Shown one piece after another: positions 1 to 10,900 of a stretch of 38,334 nt of DNA. Positions within the stretch are counted from its first letter, which is position 1; each line of letters begins with the position of its first letter. Source of the DNA: Pelomyxa schiedti (lineage: Eukaryota > Protista > Evosea); contig JAHLWZ010000370.1 of the NCBI GenBank assembly GCA_020536535.1, positions 1 through 38,334 of the forward strand, written 5' to 3'. A program made the position numbers and the translations under genes. The notes under the pieces were generated by a model, which did not search any database, was not told the origin of the DNA, and saw only the letters and a list, made by a program, of their open reading frames with translations.

Positions 1-776
1 AAGCTCTGGAGTTGGTGTTAAGGGTGATGTCGGTGCAGTTGGTAAGGTATGGGGAGGGATGGGGGGAGCATGAGATGTATGTGGGGGTAATGGTGGTGCC
101 TGTGTTTGTGGAGCGTTATGTGGTGGCAGTGGTGGTGCCTGTGTCTGCGAAGCGTTATGGGGTGGAAGTGGTGGTGCTTGTGACGGTTGAACGTTGTGTG
201 GTGGTAAGGGTGGTGTCTGGGGAGTACTGTGTTGGGGTACCTGAGGAACATTGTGGGGTGGTAAGGTTGGTGTCTGAGGAGCACTGTGTGGGGGTACAGA
301 TGGTGCAGCCGCGGAAGGCTTCTTGGCTTCAGGAGGAAGAGCAAGAGCTGCAGTAATCATAAGACTTTTCCGTTGTAGGAAAGCCTTTCTCCCACACCTA
401 CTCAAGTTAAAGGGAACTACAGCAATAATTGAGGTACTGTTCACAGTAGGCTCCACCGGCAACACGCAGAAATTCTGATGGGAGGCGTTTGCCGCATCCA
501 AAGCATCCAAAGCACCTTTTTTCCTCCTTGGTCATAACGAACACGTAATGAGTACCACAAACTTGGCATGGAAATGCCTATCACAAGCCTCAATAACCTC
601 ACCAGATAGTGGTTCTCCACATTTGGAACATGGCATGGCGCTGAGGGTAGCAGCGACACTTCGCCTCTTTTCCCTAAATTCCATGTAAGAGCAGAATATT
701 AAGTGGATTCTACTGTGAACGTGGGGCAGGAGGAGGAGCAGTTTGTGCAACAGACTGCAGTCTTTGTGCCACCTCG
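1..776 (-). repeat. Near-identical second copy of 14669-15444 (LIM and Pro-rich exons of the CH-LIM-PH gene); partial CDS copy or alternate haplotype
   Basis: Ungapped alignment at offset 14668. I count 13 substitutions in 776 nt. The copy ends exactly at the N gap. Confidence 0.95.
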
Positions 777-876
777 NNNNNNNNNNNNNNNNNNNNNNNN
801 NNNNNNNNNNNNNNNNNNNNNNNNNNNNNNNNNNNNNNNNNNNNNNNNNNNNNNNNNNNNNNNNNNNNNNNNNNNN
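777..876. other. Scaffold gap (100 N)
   Basis: Run of 100 n characters. Confidence 1.
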
Positions 877-889
877 TTTGTTTTTACAG

Positions 890-1835
890 TCACCAAGCCA
901 ACTGTTCCTGCTCCAAGTGATGCTAAGTTTGTTCCCATGCTATTTTTTGGGCACTAATAGTTCTTACATTGTGTATAGGTTCACGATCATTGACAGACAC
1001 AGTGGGTGCAGGAGACCCTCTCAAGGCAAAGATTGAGGAGTGGGCACGTGATTGTAAGGAGAAACGGTGCTGTGCTATTGGTGTGCCAACTAACAGTCTC
1101 TCTATTTCTTGACTTAATCGTAACTCCCTCACCAAATTATCAAGGAATCGACAACTACTTGCACGAGACCCTTTCTGAACCTGATTACTACATTCAGTCG
1201 GTGTGTCACCTTCCTATTTACCGGTTTATAGAAACTCAAACGCATTAGGGCAAAGTTCTGGAGGAACCTCCTGGTGAATGCCCAACCAACAAAGGTGCAC
1301 CGATGCTGTTCTCCAAGCGTCATTTGGCCATGAAGGGGACCGCCGGTGTCATGTACGTCCTTACTGTCTGTTCATTTCTCACTTGTTGTTCATCAGGTCA
1401 TACAACATAATGGGGCGCGATTCCAGGAAGCTCACGATGTATTGTATGTGGAGTGTTCCCGAGGTTCTGGGTCAAAACACATTCAACGTGGTCATCTCTG
1501 AGGTTCTATCTCCCGCACCACATTCAATGATACTAACCACCAAACTCGATATACTCCCACAGCCAATGGAGGAAGAACTCTCAATTGACACCTGGCGCAA
1601 GTTATACAAAGATGCCAAATACGCCAAAGGTATAGCAAACAAAAAAACATTCATTCCTACCCCACTGACCTTCAACAGATGGTGAAGCCACATTAGAGTT
1701 CGAGCATTACCGTTGCACTTGCAATATGGTTCGTACTATTCCCAATGCGTATCTTTTCCGTTGTTGTTTGACAACTCTACGCAGACATCTGATTCCATGG
1801 CTACACTCAACTGCAAACTCTGGTATCAGTCCTAA
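890..1835 (+). CDS. Actinoporin-like (anemone cytolysin fold) domain protein, 5'-partial, multi-exon
   Basis: Splicing at GT-AG introns (e.g. 1081-1144, 1201-1248, 1353-1396) gives KRCCAIGIDNYLHETLSEPDYYIQSGKVLEEPP...FSKRHLAMKGTAGVMSY...MWSVP...NTFNVVI...DTWRKLY...CNMTSDSMATLNCKLWYQS*. This is collinear with equinatoxin II motifs as I recall them (KRKIAVGVDNE, YFRSG, GAVGVLAY, FSVP, NWWNV, MYEELY, FMNSSGHAILEI). Stop TAA at 1833-1835. Confidence 0.72.
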
Positions 1836-1967
1836 TTACACCACGAAGCCAAGGAACATTTGCAAAGAGGAAAAAACCTTAATCCCATCTCCAAGCAACT
1901 CAAGTCAAGTCAAAAAAAAAACTTTCGTTTTTTCCTATTCATTTGTACAACAGACAAAACGGAGGGG

Positions 1968-3152
1968 TTAAAAGAGAAGCAAGCTTCCAAAAAGTACGAG
2001 GACAAAGATCACACATGCCCATAGGAACCTGTCCATGTACGGGTGGGATTTGCGCTCAACAAGGCAAGCCAGAGGCACAACGCCATCAAGAACTATCCAG
2101 AGCAACAATGCCCAAAGCCATAACATCAGTGATACAAGCATTGGCCGCACCCTTGGCCAGGCCCACACAAAGAATCGGCGAGCAGTATCAGCAAGGAAAT
2201 GAGACGAGAGTGCTGCTGTGAATACTGTGGCATTCCACACTGCTTCCAATGCTCTATCATTGCCACCGGTTTGTGCTAGGTAGATACTTTCGTCGGGTAC
2301 ATGGTCATACTGAACGGCCAGCTGCGTGATTGGAGGTTCTGCATTTCTGAGCGCAATGGAATCAGCCAGCAAAGCCCCGTGAATCTCCTCCGGGTCAAGG
2401 ACTCCCCTCTCGGCAGTTACGTCGGCGTCGGCGTAGGCGTAGGTTTTGTCATCGTCATCGAAGCCGGCGTTGTAGGCATTGTCATAGCCGGCATCCTCGG
2501 CGTCTCCAGCGTTGGCGTAACCATCGGCGTAGGCGTAGGCATCCACTGCTCCCTCGGGATCCCCGCTGTTGTGGGCATAGTAGCCTGCACCGAAAGCGAG
2601 GCTGCGATGCAGTGCCACGGCAGCCTCATTAGCCTCGTGTTCCTGCCGCAGAAGCAGCGACTCGTCATCACCTTGGGCTGGTGCGGCAGTTGCAACGGGC
2701 GATGTAGTGGTAGCGGAAGCCGCGGGTGTGCCGAGATCGCGAGCGTGATAGGGAGCCGAGGGAATGGCAGCCGTCGGCGGGGTGCGATTTGGCGATGGTT
2801 CCCTGTTTCTCGGCGGCTGGTGCACCGCGCGCGAGTGGGACAAAAGCGCCTTCTCAGAGCCGAACTGCTCGCCGCAGGTGAAACAGGTGTACAGCGATCG
2901 ATTGCGTTCGACGGCGATCGAGTTTGGGGTCGTGCTCGCGGCGTTTGTAGCTGGCGATGCGGAAACGGAAGCGGAGGCAGCAGCGGTTGTGCCCGCAGCG
3001 GGTGACTGGTTTGCGGCCGCACCGATACGCGCGCGATCTAGGAAGGCATTGACTAGCTGGCTCTGCGCCTCGTATTCTTTGGAAAATGTGCGAAGAGATT
3101 TGCCTGGAAGTAGATCTACAGAGAGGGAGGTAGTGTCGACACTTGAAGTCAT
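1968..3152 (-). CDS. Hypothetical protein with one C2H2 zinc finger, Ala/Thr/Pro-rich and acidic regions, and about two C-terminal transmembrane helices
   Basis: 394-aa open ORF. YTCFTCGEQFGSEKALLSHSRAVH fits C-x2-C-x12-H-x4-H. Hydrophobic segments MLVSLMLWLWALLLWIVLDGVV and FLWACVIFVLVLFGSLLLF lie at the C-terminus. Confidence 0.7.
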   Translation of the reverse strand: MTSSVDTTSLSVDLLPGKSLRTFSKEYEAQSQLVNAFLDRARIGAAANQSPAAGTTAAASASVSASPATNAASTTPNSIAVERNRSLYTCFTCGEQFGSEKALLSHSRAVHQPPRNREPSPNRTPPTAAIPSAPYHARDLGTPAASATTTSPVATAAPAQGDDESLLLRQEHEANEAAVALHRSLAFGAGYYAHNSGDPEGAVDAYAYADGYANAGDAEDAGYDNAYNAGFDDDDKTYAYADADVTAERGVLDPEEIHGALLADSIALRNAEPPITQLAVQYDHVPDESIYLAQTGGNDRALEAVWNATVFTAALSSHFLADTARRFFVWAWPRVRPMLVSLMLWLWALLLWIVLDGVVPLACLVERKSHPYMDRFLWACVIFVLVLFGSLLLF

Positions 3153-3393
3153 GTTGTCTTATTATCGTCGGAGTACTGTTACAGTACGGGGAGTTTGACT
3201 TGGTGGTTTTTTATATTATTATGTTGTTGAAGGAGAGGGCTTTAAAAGCCAGAGGTTTTTTGCAGTTGCAGGTCCATAGTTCTACTGCCTAATCGAGGTT
3301 CTTTTCAAAGAAGCCGACAAGTGCTCCACTTTTCGATATCAAAGGTGCACATCGATATGGGTTTCGGAGAAAAGATAGTTTTGAAAAAAAAAC

Positions 3394-5547
3394 TCAAAAA
3401 ATATCGGGTTCAATTGGGGCAGGGGGAGGGCGCGACTGTACAGTTGGGAAGTCGGGCCTGGATTCTAGCCACTGCATGACTCTGTTGGTGCCCCACCATT
3501 CGTCCGGGTAGCCTGGTACATTCATCCCGAGTGTACAACAGCAGCACGCACCAACAATCACACCACCGCGGGTGTGTGTGTCAGCGTGGCCTCTGAGGCT
3601 GTTGGTGGCGGGTGCCGGAATTTTGGGTTGCGGATGTTGTTGCCGAGGGAGTGCTTGCAGTACAAGGTTGTAGACGCATTCCACATCGACCATCTGTGGT
3701 TCACTAAGAGCGGTGGGGAGACACCACCGGTGGTTGTGCTCATCCTTGGGTGTTTGTGGCACCACTGAAGGGTGGCGGGTATTGTTCAGCAGTAGTATAG
3801 GGTGGTCAGGTGTGATCTCAAGTACTGTCTCAGTTTCTGCCTCTGCGGTCAATTTGCCGTTAATAACAATCATTGGAATAGGGTGATGCACCGGGCATCT
3901 ATAGGTGTGAGATGATGTGGGAGGTGTGAGACACACTTCCAAATGCAATGAACAACAGCGGCTGCTAAGTCTCCCCCATCGTTATTAGGATAGAAAGCAA
4001 GAACTTGATCCCCAACTGCGAGGTCTTTCATCGGGCAGTATTTGTTATTTGATAGCAGGATGCTCGTATTTGGACCAAAGCATACAATATCGTCTGAACT
4101 GGACTGTGTAATATGAGAATATTAACTCATAGCTGATACATACACGCCGACGTCTGGGTGGAGGGGGAACATATTCGCGGAAACACTTTTCATGGTCCCA
4201 TGTAAACGAGGGGTTTTTCCAACTCAATCCTTTAACACAGCCAGGGTAATTCCAAACTCCACGAAACGCCGTTGTCCACATTGGCTCAGTCTTGGCAAGG
4301 TGGTAAAACAGCTTGCAAGTTCGAGAGACCCGAACCAGTGCAACAAAGTCAAGGTATTCCATCACCACTGTGTTGCTGTTGGAGCGAAAAGTTTTGGGTG
4401 GCACATACGGAGCCAAATGTCATTTGGGATGAGACCCAGTGAAGTTTGAATTGCAGTCGCAGGAGAGATTTCCGTAGTATGGGGAGGACTGTGAAAATGA
4501 GGATAAGAAAAGCAGTAGATAAGCACACTTTTTTGTGGGTTGTTCTAGTTGTTTTTGTGATCTTTTGGAAAAAAAACTGAAGAATCCTGGTTTTTTGGTA
4601 GATATAGGTTTCGTATCTCCAAACATTCCAGCTCTGCATACTTCCTCGAAGAGGAGGTCCAAACCAATATATTGCTTTGAGCTGAACGATTTCCGATTAA
4701 CGGAAAACAAAAAAGGACATAGTACCTGCATTGAAAGTAACCATACATCGAATTTCTTATTACTGCAGAAATGCCCTCTTGAAATGAAACAGTGGTCCCG
4801 GAAGGCGGCTGTGAGAAAAACGTTGGAAATGAGAACAAGTTACGATATGTAAGAAAATGCATACTGGAAGCTCATTGTCAATAAGGTCTAGTTTGAGACC
4901 GACAAGGATCACAACCCCCTAACAAGTCCCGTGAAAGAAAAAATAATGAAACATGAAGCATACGTGTGATATTTTCCGAATTTCAGAGAGACATCTATTC
5001 AGAGCCTCATCGAATGTACCTCGGTCATTAAGAGAGAAGCATAAGAGGACCACGTTTGATCTCGTAATACTGGTCGAGGGGCACATTGGGGGAAAAATTT
5101 TTCATAATGAATATTTTGCATACTACTGTTGTCGCACTGACACGAATTCATCCTGTCCCATTCTTTTTCCGAAGTTAAAGAAATGCAACCAGGTACCTCT
5201 TACTCACGTATCTAGAAGATCCAGTGTCACGTAAACAGTGTCCACAACCAGCATTTTACTGTACTAGTTCATTGGACAAAACAAAATCGGAACTTGCTTG
5301 AAACATACAGAAGGTTCCAAAGAACCTTCGTCAGGGTACGGCCACCATCGGCCACTGACGTAGCTGCATTTCGAGAGCAAAAGCCACATTAGTGCAGTTG
5401 CACATAAAGAAGGTTGCGGCTGCGCGTGGAAAAAAGCTCCCTAGTAAGATCTGCCAGAGCCAACACCACATACGATTCTACGAGCGCCGTTTTTCCCACA
5501 CAACTGGGTCCGTACACGAGCACCGTTCCTACCTTGCGTGCCGTCAT
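3394..5547 (-). CDS. Ras/Rho-like small GTPase + F-box + Vint-type Hint (hedgehog/intein) domain fusion, multi-exon
   Basis: One continuous frame through canonical GT-AG introns. GTPase: G1 GPSCVGKT, G3 LDTMGQDEF, NVVLLCFSL, G4 LVGLKLD, G5 YFQCSSKQYIGLDLLFEEVCRA. F-box: LGLIPNDIWLLVMEYLDFVALVRVSRTCKLFYHLA. Hint: CFGPNTSILLSNNKYCPMKDLAVGDQVLA...ITPDHPI...WCLP...VYNLVL...CTLG...WWG. Confidence 0.82.
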
Positions 5548-5718
5548 TTAACAAGATCTGTCTAACCAAGCCAAGCGGTTGCTCTTTCCAGCCAACTCCT
5601 GCCAATCAAAAAACAGAAAAAAGAAGAGAGATGATTACAGGAAAAAATGATCTCTCATTTTCGTTTGGCTCAATGGGGAACTGGAAGATAGGGGGATGAC
5701 AGGCCTTGTGAGCTATCT

Positions 5719-7681
5719 TCAGGCGTACTTGGCACTGAGGTTTGTGTAGATGTGATGGAACCTCCTGAGCCTGGTGCCGGTCGTGGGGCTGGATTCCGTG
5801 ATGTAGATGTTGCCTGCCTTGTCCATGGCGAGTGCCTGAGGTGCGTCGAGCAGCGCTGCCCGTGGGTCTCTCGAGTCATCGTGGCCTCTCTTCCCGTAGC
5901 AACCAACGAACGGCGCAACATTACCTATTAATGGCGGTGGGAGTGAGATATATGGGCTTGAAATAGAGAGGACTGTGGGGGTGTGGGGGGAGGGGAGGAG
6001 ACAAACCGTCATGGTCCATTCTCCATACACAGTGGTTGGATGAATCAGAGAAGAATGCATTTCCTATACGATCAAGAATGATCCCACAGGGCCAGCCCAG
6101 CACAACCGGCGCCCAGAACTCTCCAACAGGGTCCCATTGTGAAAGAGATATCTCGGAGACAACAGCGGCGCCGGAGTTTTGAGGGGTAATTCTGAAGAGG
6201 CACTTACTCTTTGTTGCTGTGACCAAGAAAGTTCTATTTTTGGCAACGCAAAGATCCTCCCAGTCACTCTTCATTGATGTACTTGCAATCTCAGAAATCA
6301 AAGCCCCTGTGAGGGTTAAGTCTAGGGCTCTTGGTGAAATGTGAAGTGATACCATCTAGAGTATAGCAATTGAGCGTATCTCCGGCTAGACCATCACATA
6401 TAACATTCAAGAACCCTTCTGAATCGATTGTAATTCCCCGGGGGTTGGTACACAGTGTAATATTGGTTTTTCCTTCGCTTTATAAGTTTGAACGAAATCT
6501 CGGCCGACGATACCTGCTGGTGTGACTTTGGATATCACTTGAGCACAAGTGATATAGAGGTTATCATTTTCATCAAGAACGATGCGTCTAGCACATTCGA
6601 CCTCACAGACGGGTGTAATTTGATCTTGAGAATAGTCACTAATCCGTCAAAATGGAATTGAGGGAATACATTCTGTAATTTTGAATACATGAGACAGATA
6701 GAGGCAGAAAATGTGTTCTGAAACTTCTTCTTTAGTTTTTTTCCCTATGGCAACACCACAAGCCCCACAATATCCCCCTTTATAAATTGTGGTGACACGT
6801 CCTGTACAGATTTTTAATAGGAGTAAGAGAATCAGGTGCCAACCATAGCAAGCAATATATAGCCCAATCACTTTACCAATGCAGAACGGAACGGGATTGC
6901 GTGACAGAATGCTGTTGGCGCCACACCGACTGTGCCACAAACACAAGAATGTCACTGCCTGCCTTACAGTCATTTCGTCACTTTCAGAGCCTTTGCTCGT
7001 CACACCAAGGGCAGAGCTCCACGGCCTCTGGAGAGTAATCCTAGGGTCCACCAACTTGGGACGCTCGACAGAGTTAATCACAGGTGGAGGCCTCGCAGGA
7101 GGAACAGGTGGAGGAGCTGCTGGATGCGGCAAGGCGGGAAACCCTGGGTCAGCCATCCTAGCCAGCATGTTTGTTGAAAACGCCCTCAGAGACTGGTGGA
7201 CATAGAAATTGTCAACAACCCCGGCGTCGCCCATGTCGAGCCGGGAGTGGAACTTGTGGGTGAGTGCAGTCATGAACCTGAAGATGCTCCAAAAACCCCC
7301 GGTCGGGGGCAGCGCCTCGGGAAGTTCCGAGCTTGAGTGGATTGCTTCCATGTAGGAATGGCAGTAGGCTCCAATGAGGAGTATGACCTCTTTTTGCAGC
7401 AGGCACTTTGCCAGAGCCGTCGCCATGGGGATTATGGGAGCGCCCATCCCCTGCGCCTCAGACACGACCGGAACCGAGATAAGTATCGGCAGCACTTGCT
7501 CCTCGATTATTTGGCGCTCCCTGTCAGTTTCTGCTGCGGGAGGGGCAAAATCTAGCTGGAACGGCGGCGGGTGGCCGATTGTGGGAGGGGTGCCAAAAAT
7601 GTTCGGGGGCAGGGGCAGGTTGGCATTGAAGTTGTCGTCGTGGTTTCGGGGGAAGTTAAAGGGATTGAAGTCGTCCGCCAT
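5719..7681 (-). CDS. NHL-repeat beta-propeller protein with a Pro-rich N-terminus, multi-exon
   Basis: C-terminal NHL-like repeats WPCGIILDRIGNAFFSDSSNHCVWRMD and PQALAMDKAGNIYITES. Long first exon (ORF 6647-7681). Internal exon boundaries are only partly checked. Confidence 0.7.
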
Positions 7682-7949
7682 TGTTTTGTTATATTGTGCT
7701 GTGATCCTGGCGTTTTTTTTTTATGTGTGCATTCGATAGCCAAGTACTTGTACAAAAAACTGGGGGCAAGTTGGCGGCAGTTGGCCACTGGGATGAACTC
7801 TGGGGCAATTTCGCTCTGAGAAAACCCTTTCCAATGCTCCCCTTAGTTGTTCTTAAGTCCCGGAGTAGAGAATAAGAGTCTGAGGCCGGAGTACTTTCCT
7901 GGTTTTCTTTTGTTTCTATTTCGTTTGATCCAATAACCACTTTGATCCG

Positions 7950-10900
7950 ATGCAGGAAAGCCAAGGTACCGGAACAGCGACACCGTCGCCCACCCCCACG
8001 CCCTCGGAACAAGGACAAGACAAGGACCAGGGCCACGAGATCTCCGCTGCTGCCGCCAATAACAACGACAAGCAAAACGACGAGGGATCTACAGCCGCTA
8101 CCATTACGCCAATCTCCATCGCCGTGAGCTACAATGAGAGCGACTCCAGCGACAGCGGCGACGACGGCAGGAACACCAGCGCTGGCGGCGGCGCTGCGGG
8201 AGGCGCCGTGGCCACCCACGAGGAGGAGGAAGCGGGAGGCGACGGCAACGACGAGGGGGGCAAAGGTGATGATGACGGCGACGAGAAGGAGAGGAAGGAC
8301 GGGCAAGGGGAGGACCCCTCGTCCTCGTCGTCGAGCGACGGAGACGCCGGCGACGACGAGAGGAACAACGCGGCGGGAGAGGGGGCAGGCACAACGGGGG
8401 CGTACCCAATGACTTCGTTCTTCAGCACCTCCACGGCCACAGCGACCACCTCGCAGGCCAGCAGGGCGCACTCTTATGTGGCTTACCTGGCTGCCAAGAC
8501 GGGCATCCCTTCACTGATCAGTCAGGTTTCGGCTATTGAGGAGCAGCAGCAGGAGGAGGAAGAGCGCAACAAGCAGCAGGCTGCGCAGTCTACTGCCTTT
8601 GTTCTTGTTAAGGAGGAGAAGCCACGGAGACCTGTGGCTGTTCAAAATCAGAGACTGGCCGCCATCTTGGATGAAGAGTTGCCAGAAGTAAGTGAGGTGG
8701 GTGCTCTGCCAACTGTAGCAACGTCTCCACCCATTCGACAACCCAAGGAGGCCCCTTCCGTCATTGATTCTATTACTGCTGCAGTGGTACATTCGTTTCC
8801 TGTATTTCGTTAATATTAAAACTTGTACTAGGAGGAGCGTTCTACAAAACCCAGCAAGGTGTTTTGTGAGGAATGTGAAGACCAAGAAGCTACAGTGTTA
8901 TGTTCACAAGTAAGTCCAGTTGTACGGTTTTTTTTAAAGTTTCACATCCTTCTCAGTGCCATGATAAGTATTGCAACTTGTGCTTTTTTGCACAACATCG
9001 AAAGGGTAGTCGCTCATCACACATTGCGACCAACCTCGATGGTTCCCCAATTTCAACATCCCATACCACAACAGTTGAAAGTATGAGACCTTCTGCGACA
9101 GCCACTCCCAGTGCCGCTTCTACAACCCCAGACAGTGATGATGACAGTAACAGCAATACTAATGCTGCTTCCAGTGACGATGACGCACCTCCTTTGCGGA
9201 GGATGTTTTGGAGTTACTATGACTCCTACTACAGATCCAAGCCACGAGCTTTCAAGCCACCTCCAGATTCTGCCAAGAACATGAGAAGCAAGGAATCTGA
9301 AACTGTTGCAGAGCGTGCTAGATATATTCCATTACGTCTTACACTGGTAGGAACGAACCACATGATTTGGTGTAACATCTACCAGGAAGAAAGAAAACTT
9401 CTTCGCCTTCTTGAGGCTGTGTTGAATGCCAGTAAGTATACAGATAGAGTTGACGCAGTTTTTAAGTCACCAGCGGCCCGTATGCAGCAACAAGTATAGA
9501 TACCCTTCACAGTGAACCTTGAAGTGAAAACCAAAATAGGTAAAAAATATATGCTCTCTACTCTCAGGAATTCTTTCTGCATGGGATAATAAAGCTGGGC
9601 AGGTTTTGATGTAACCACCATGAGACATATCATCTCACCACATGGCAGGAACTTCTTGAGGATAGGGATTTTGCAAAATACGAAAAATTTTTCCAACAAG
9701 TATTTGAAATAGGCCGAAGACATAAAATTATGAACCCAGGTTAGTGAAGCTTCCCTCGTGGTACCATGTAATGAACAACAGAAAAAATGAGAACACAGTA
9801 CGCCATGATGGTGTATCTTCTTCAGGACAGCTGCTCAGTACAAATCCGAGTATTATTTTCCTTCTTGGTTTATGGTTTAATAAGAGGAAAGGAACTCCTT
9901 GGCTTCTCTCTTGTAAAGAAAATAACTACAGTGTACAGCTACCTAGAAGAACGCGGCGCCTTGGTAGCTCTTTTTTTGGGCTTAGTGATAACTAAAAAAC
10001 GCTCCTTAGGGTGCTCTGACCGACGACTTCATTGTGTGTGCCACTAGTGAAGTTGTACAAGCACCAGTAGGAATTTCCCTCTTTTTTGCTGGTTAGTAAT
10101 TTGGGATTTGCAGGAAAAATCACGTTATGATATTCAACGAGAAATTAAAATCAAAGAGCGGGCAATTGAGCATATAGGTAATAAATACGCGAACGCAAAC
10201 GTGAATGCCGAGCAAATTAAAGTCTGCTTGTACTCAGTTTGTGATAACAACAGGTTTGATACATCCCAAGAAATAACTTCTTACCATGTAACAGCTTCTT
10301 GAGATCCAATCGCGATCCTATTGATAAAATGATAGACTACTTAAAAACCATGTTTGCAGGAATGGACAATGATCCTTTGTGCTCATTGGCCATCTATGGT
10401 ATACCATCAATCCAAACCGTTCTAACTGTTGAAGGTGGTCAGGATGGATCACGATTAACACACACGCATGAGAGGCAATATCTTTATGTTCTGCAGTCGC
10501 TTACTCTATGGCGTGAGATTCAGCATAATATGTTCAAATTGTGGATCCTTGCCGAAGAAGATATGCTGAAGTGCGTTGAGGCTTTTAAGTTTTTGAATTG
10601 ACATCCCCAGACCCGGAAATGCATATGAACTCCGTAACACTGGGCAAGGACTTAACAGGGTGCAAAGTTCCCCTCAGATTTACCGTGTCATGCACACAAT
10701 TCTCCACACCACACAGCGCACAGTGGGTACGTGGGTAGGCTCGTCCGTGGTTCATCTTGGTACCTTTCTTTCTTGCTGTGGACTTGGCTTGAATATTCAT
10801 TTCCCTTAGGGGACCACAATGTACCAAATGCACTGAATTTCATTGATAAGTATACACAAGTGCCAAGAATTCTCAACCCAATTGTGCTCACACTCTCTCA

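Noticed and set aside
12-356. His-rich and Val-rich ORFs (also 14647-15024)
   Set aside because: Alternative-frame and antisense readings of the Pro-rich repeat exon.
2301-3198. Long overlapping antisense and alternative-frame ORFs (also at 7689-8471, 17900-18760, 31241-31870, 34819-35403)
   Set aside because: Shadow ORFs of GC-rich or low-complexity coding exons, with no recognisable motifs.
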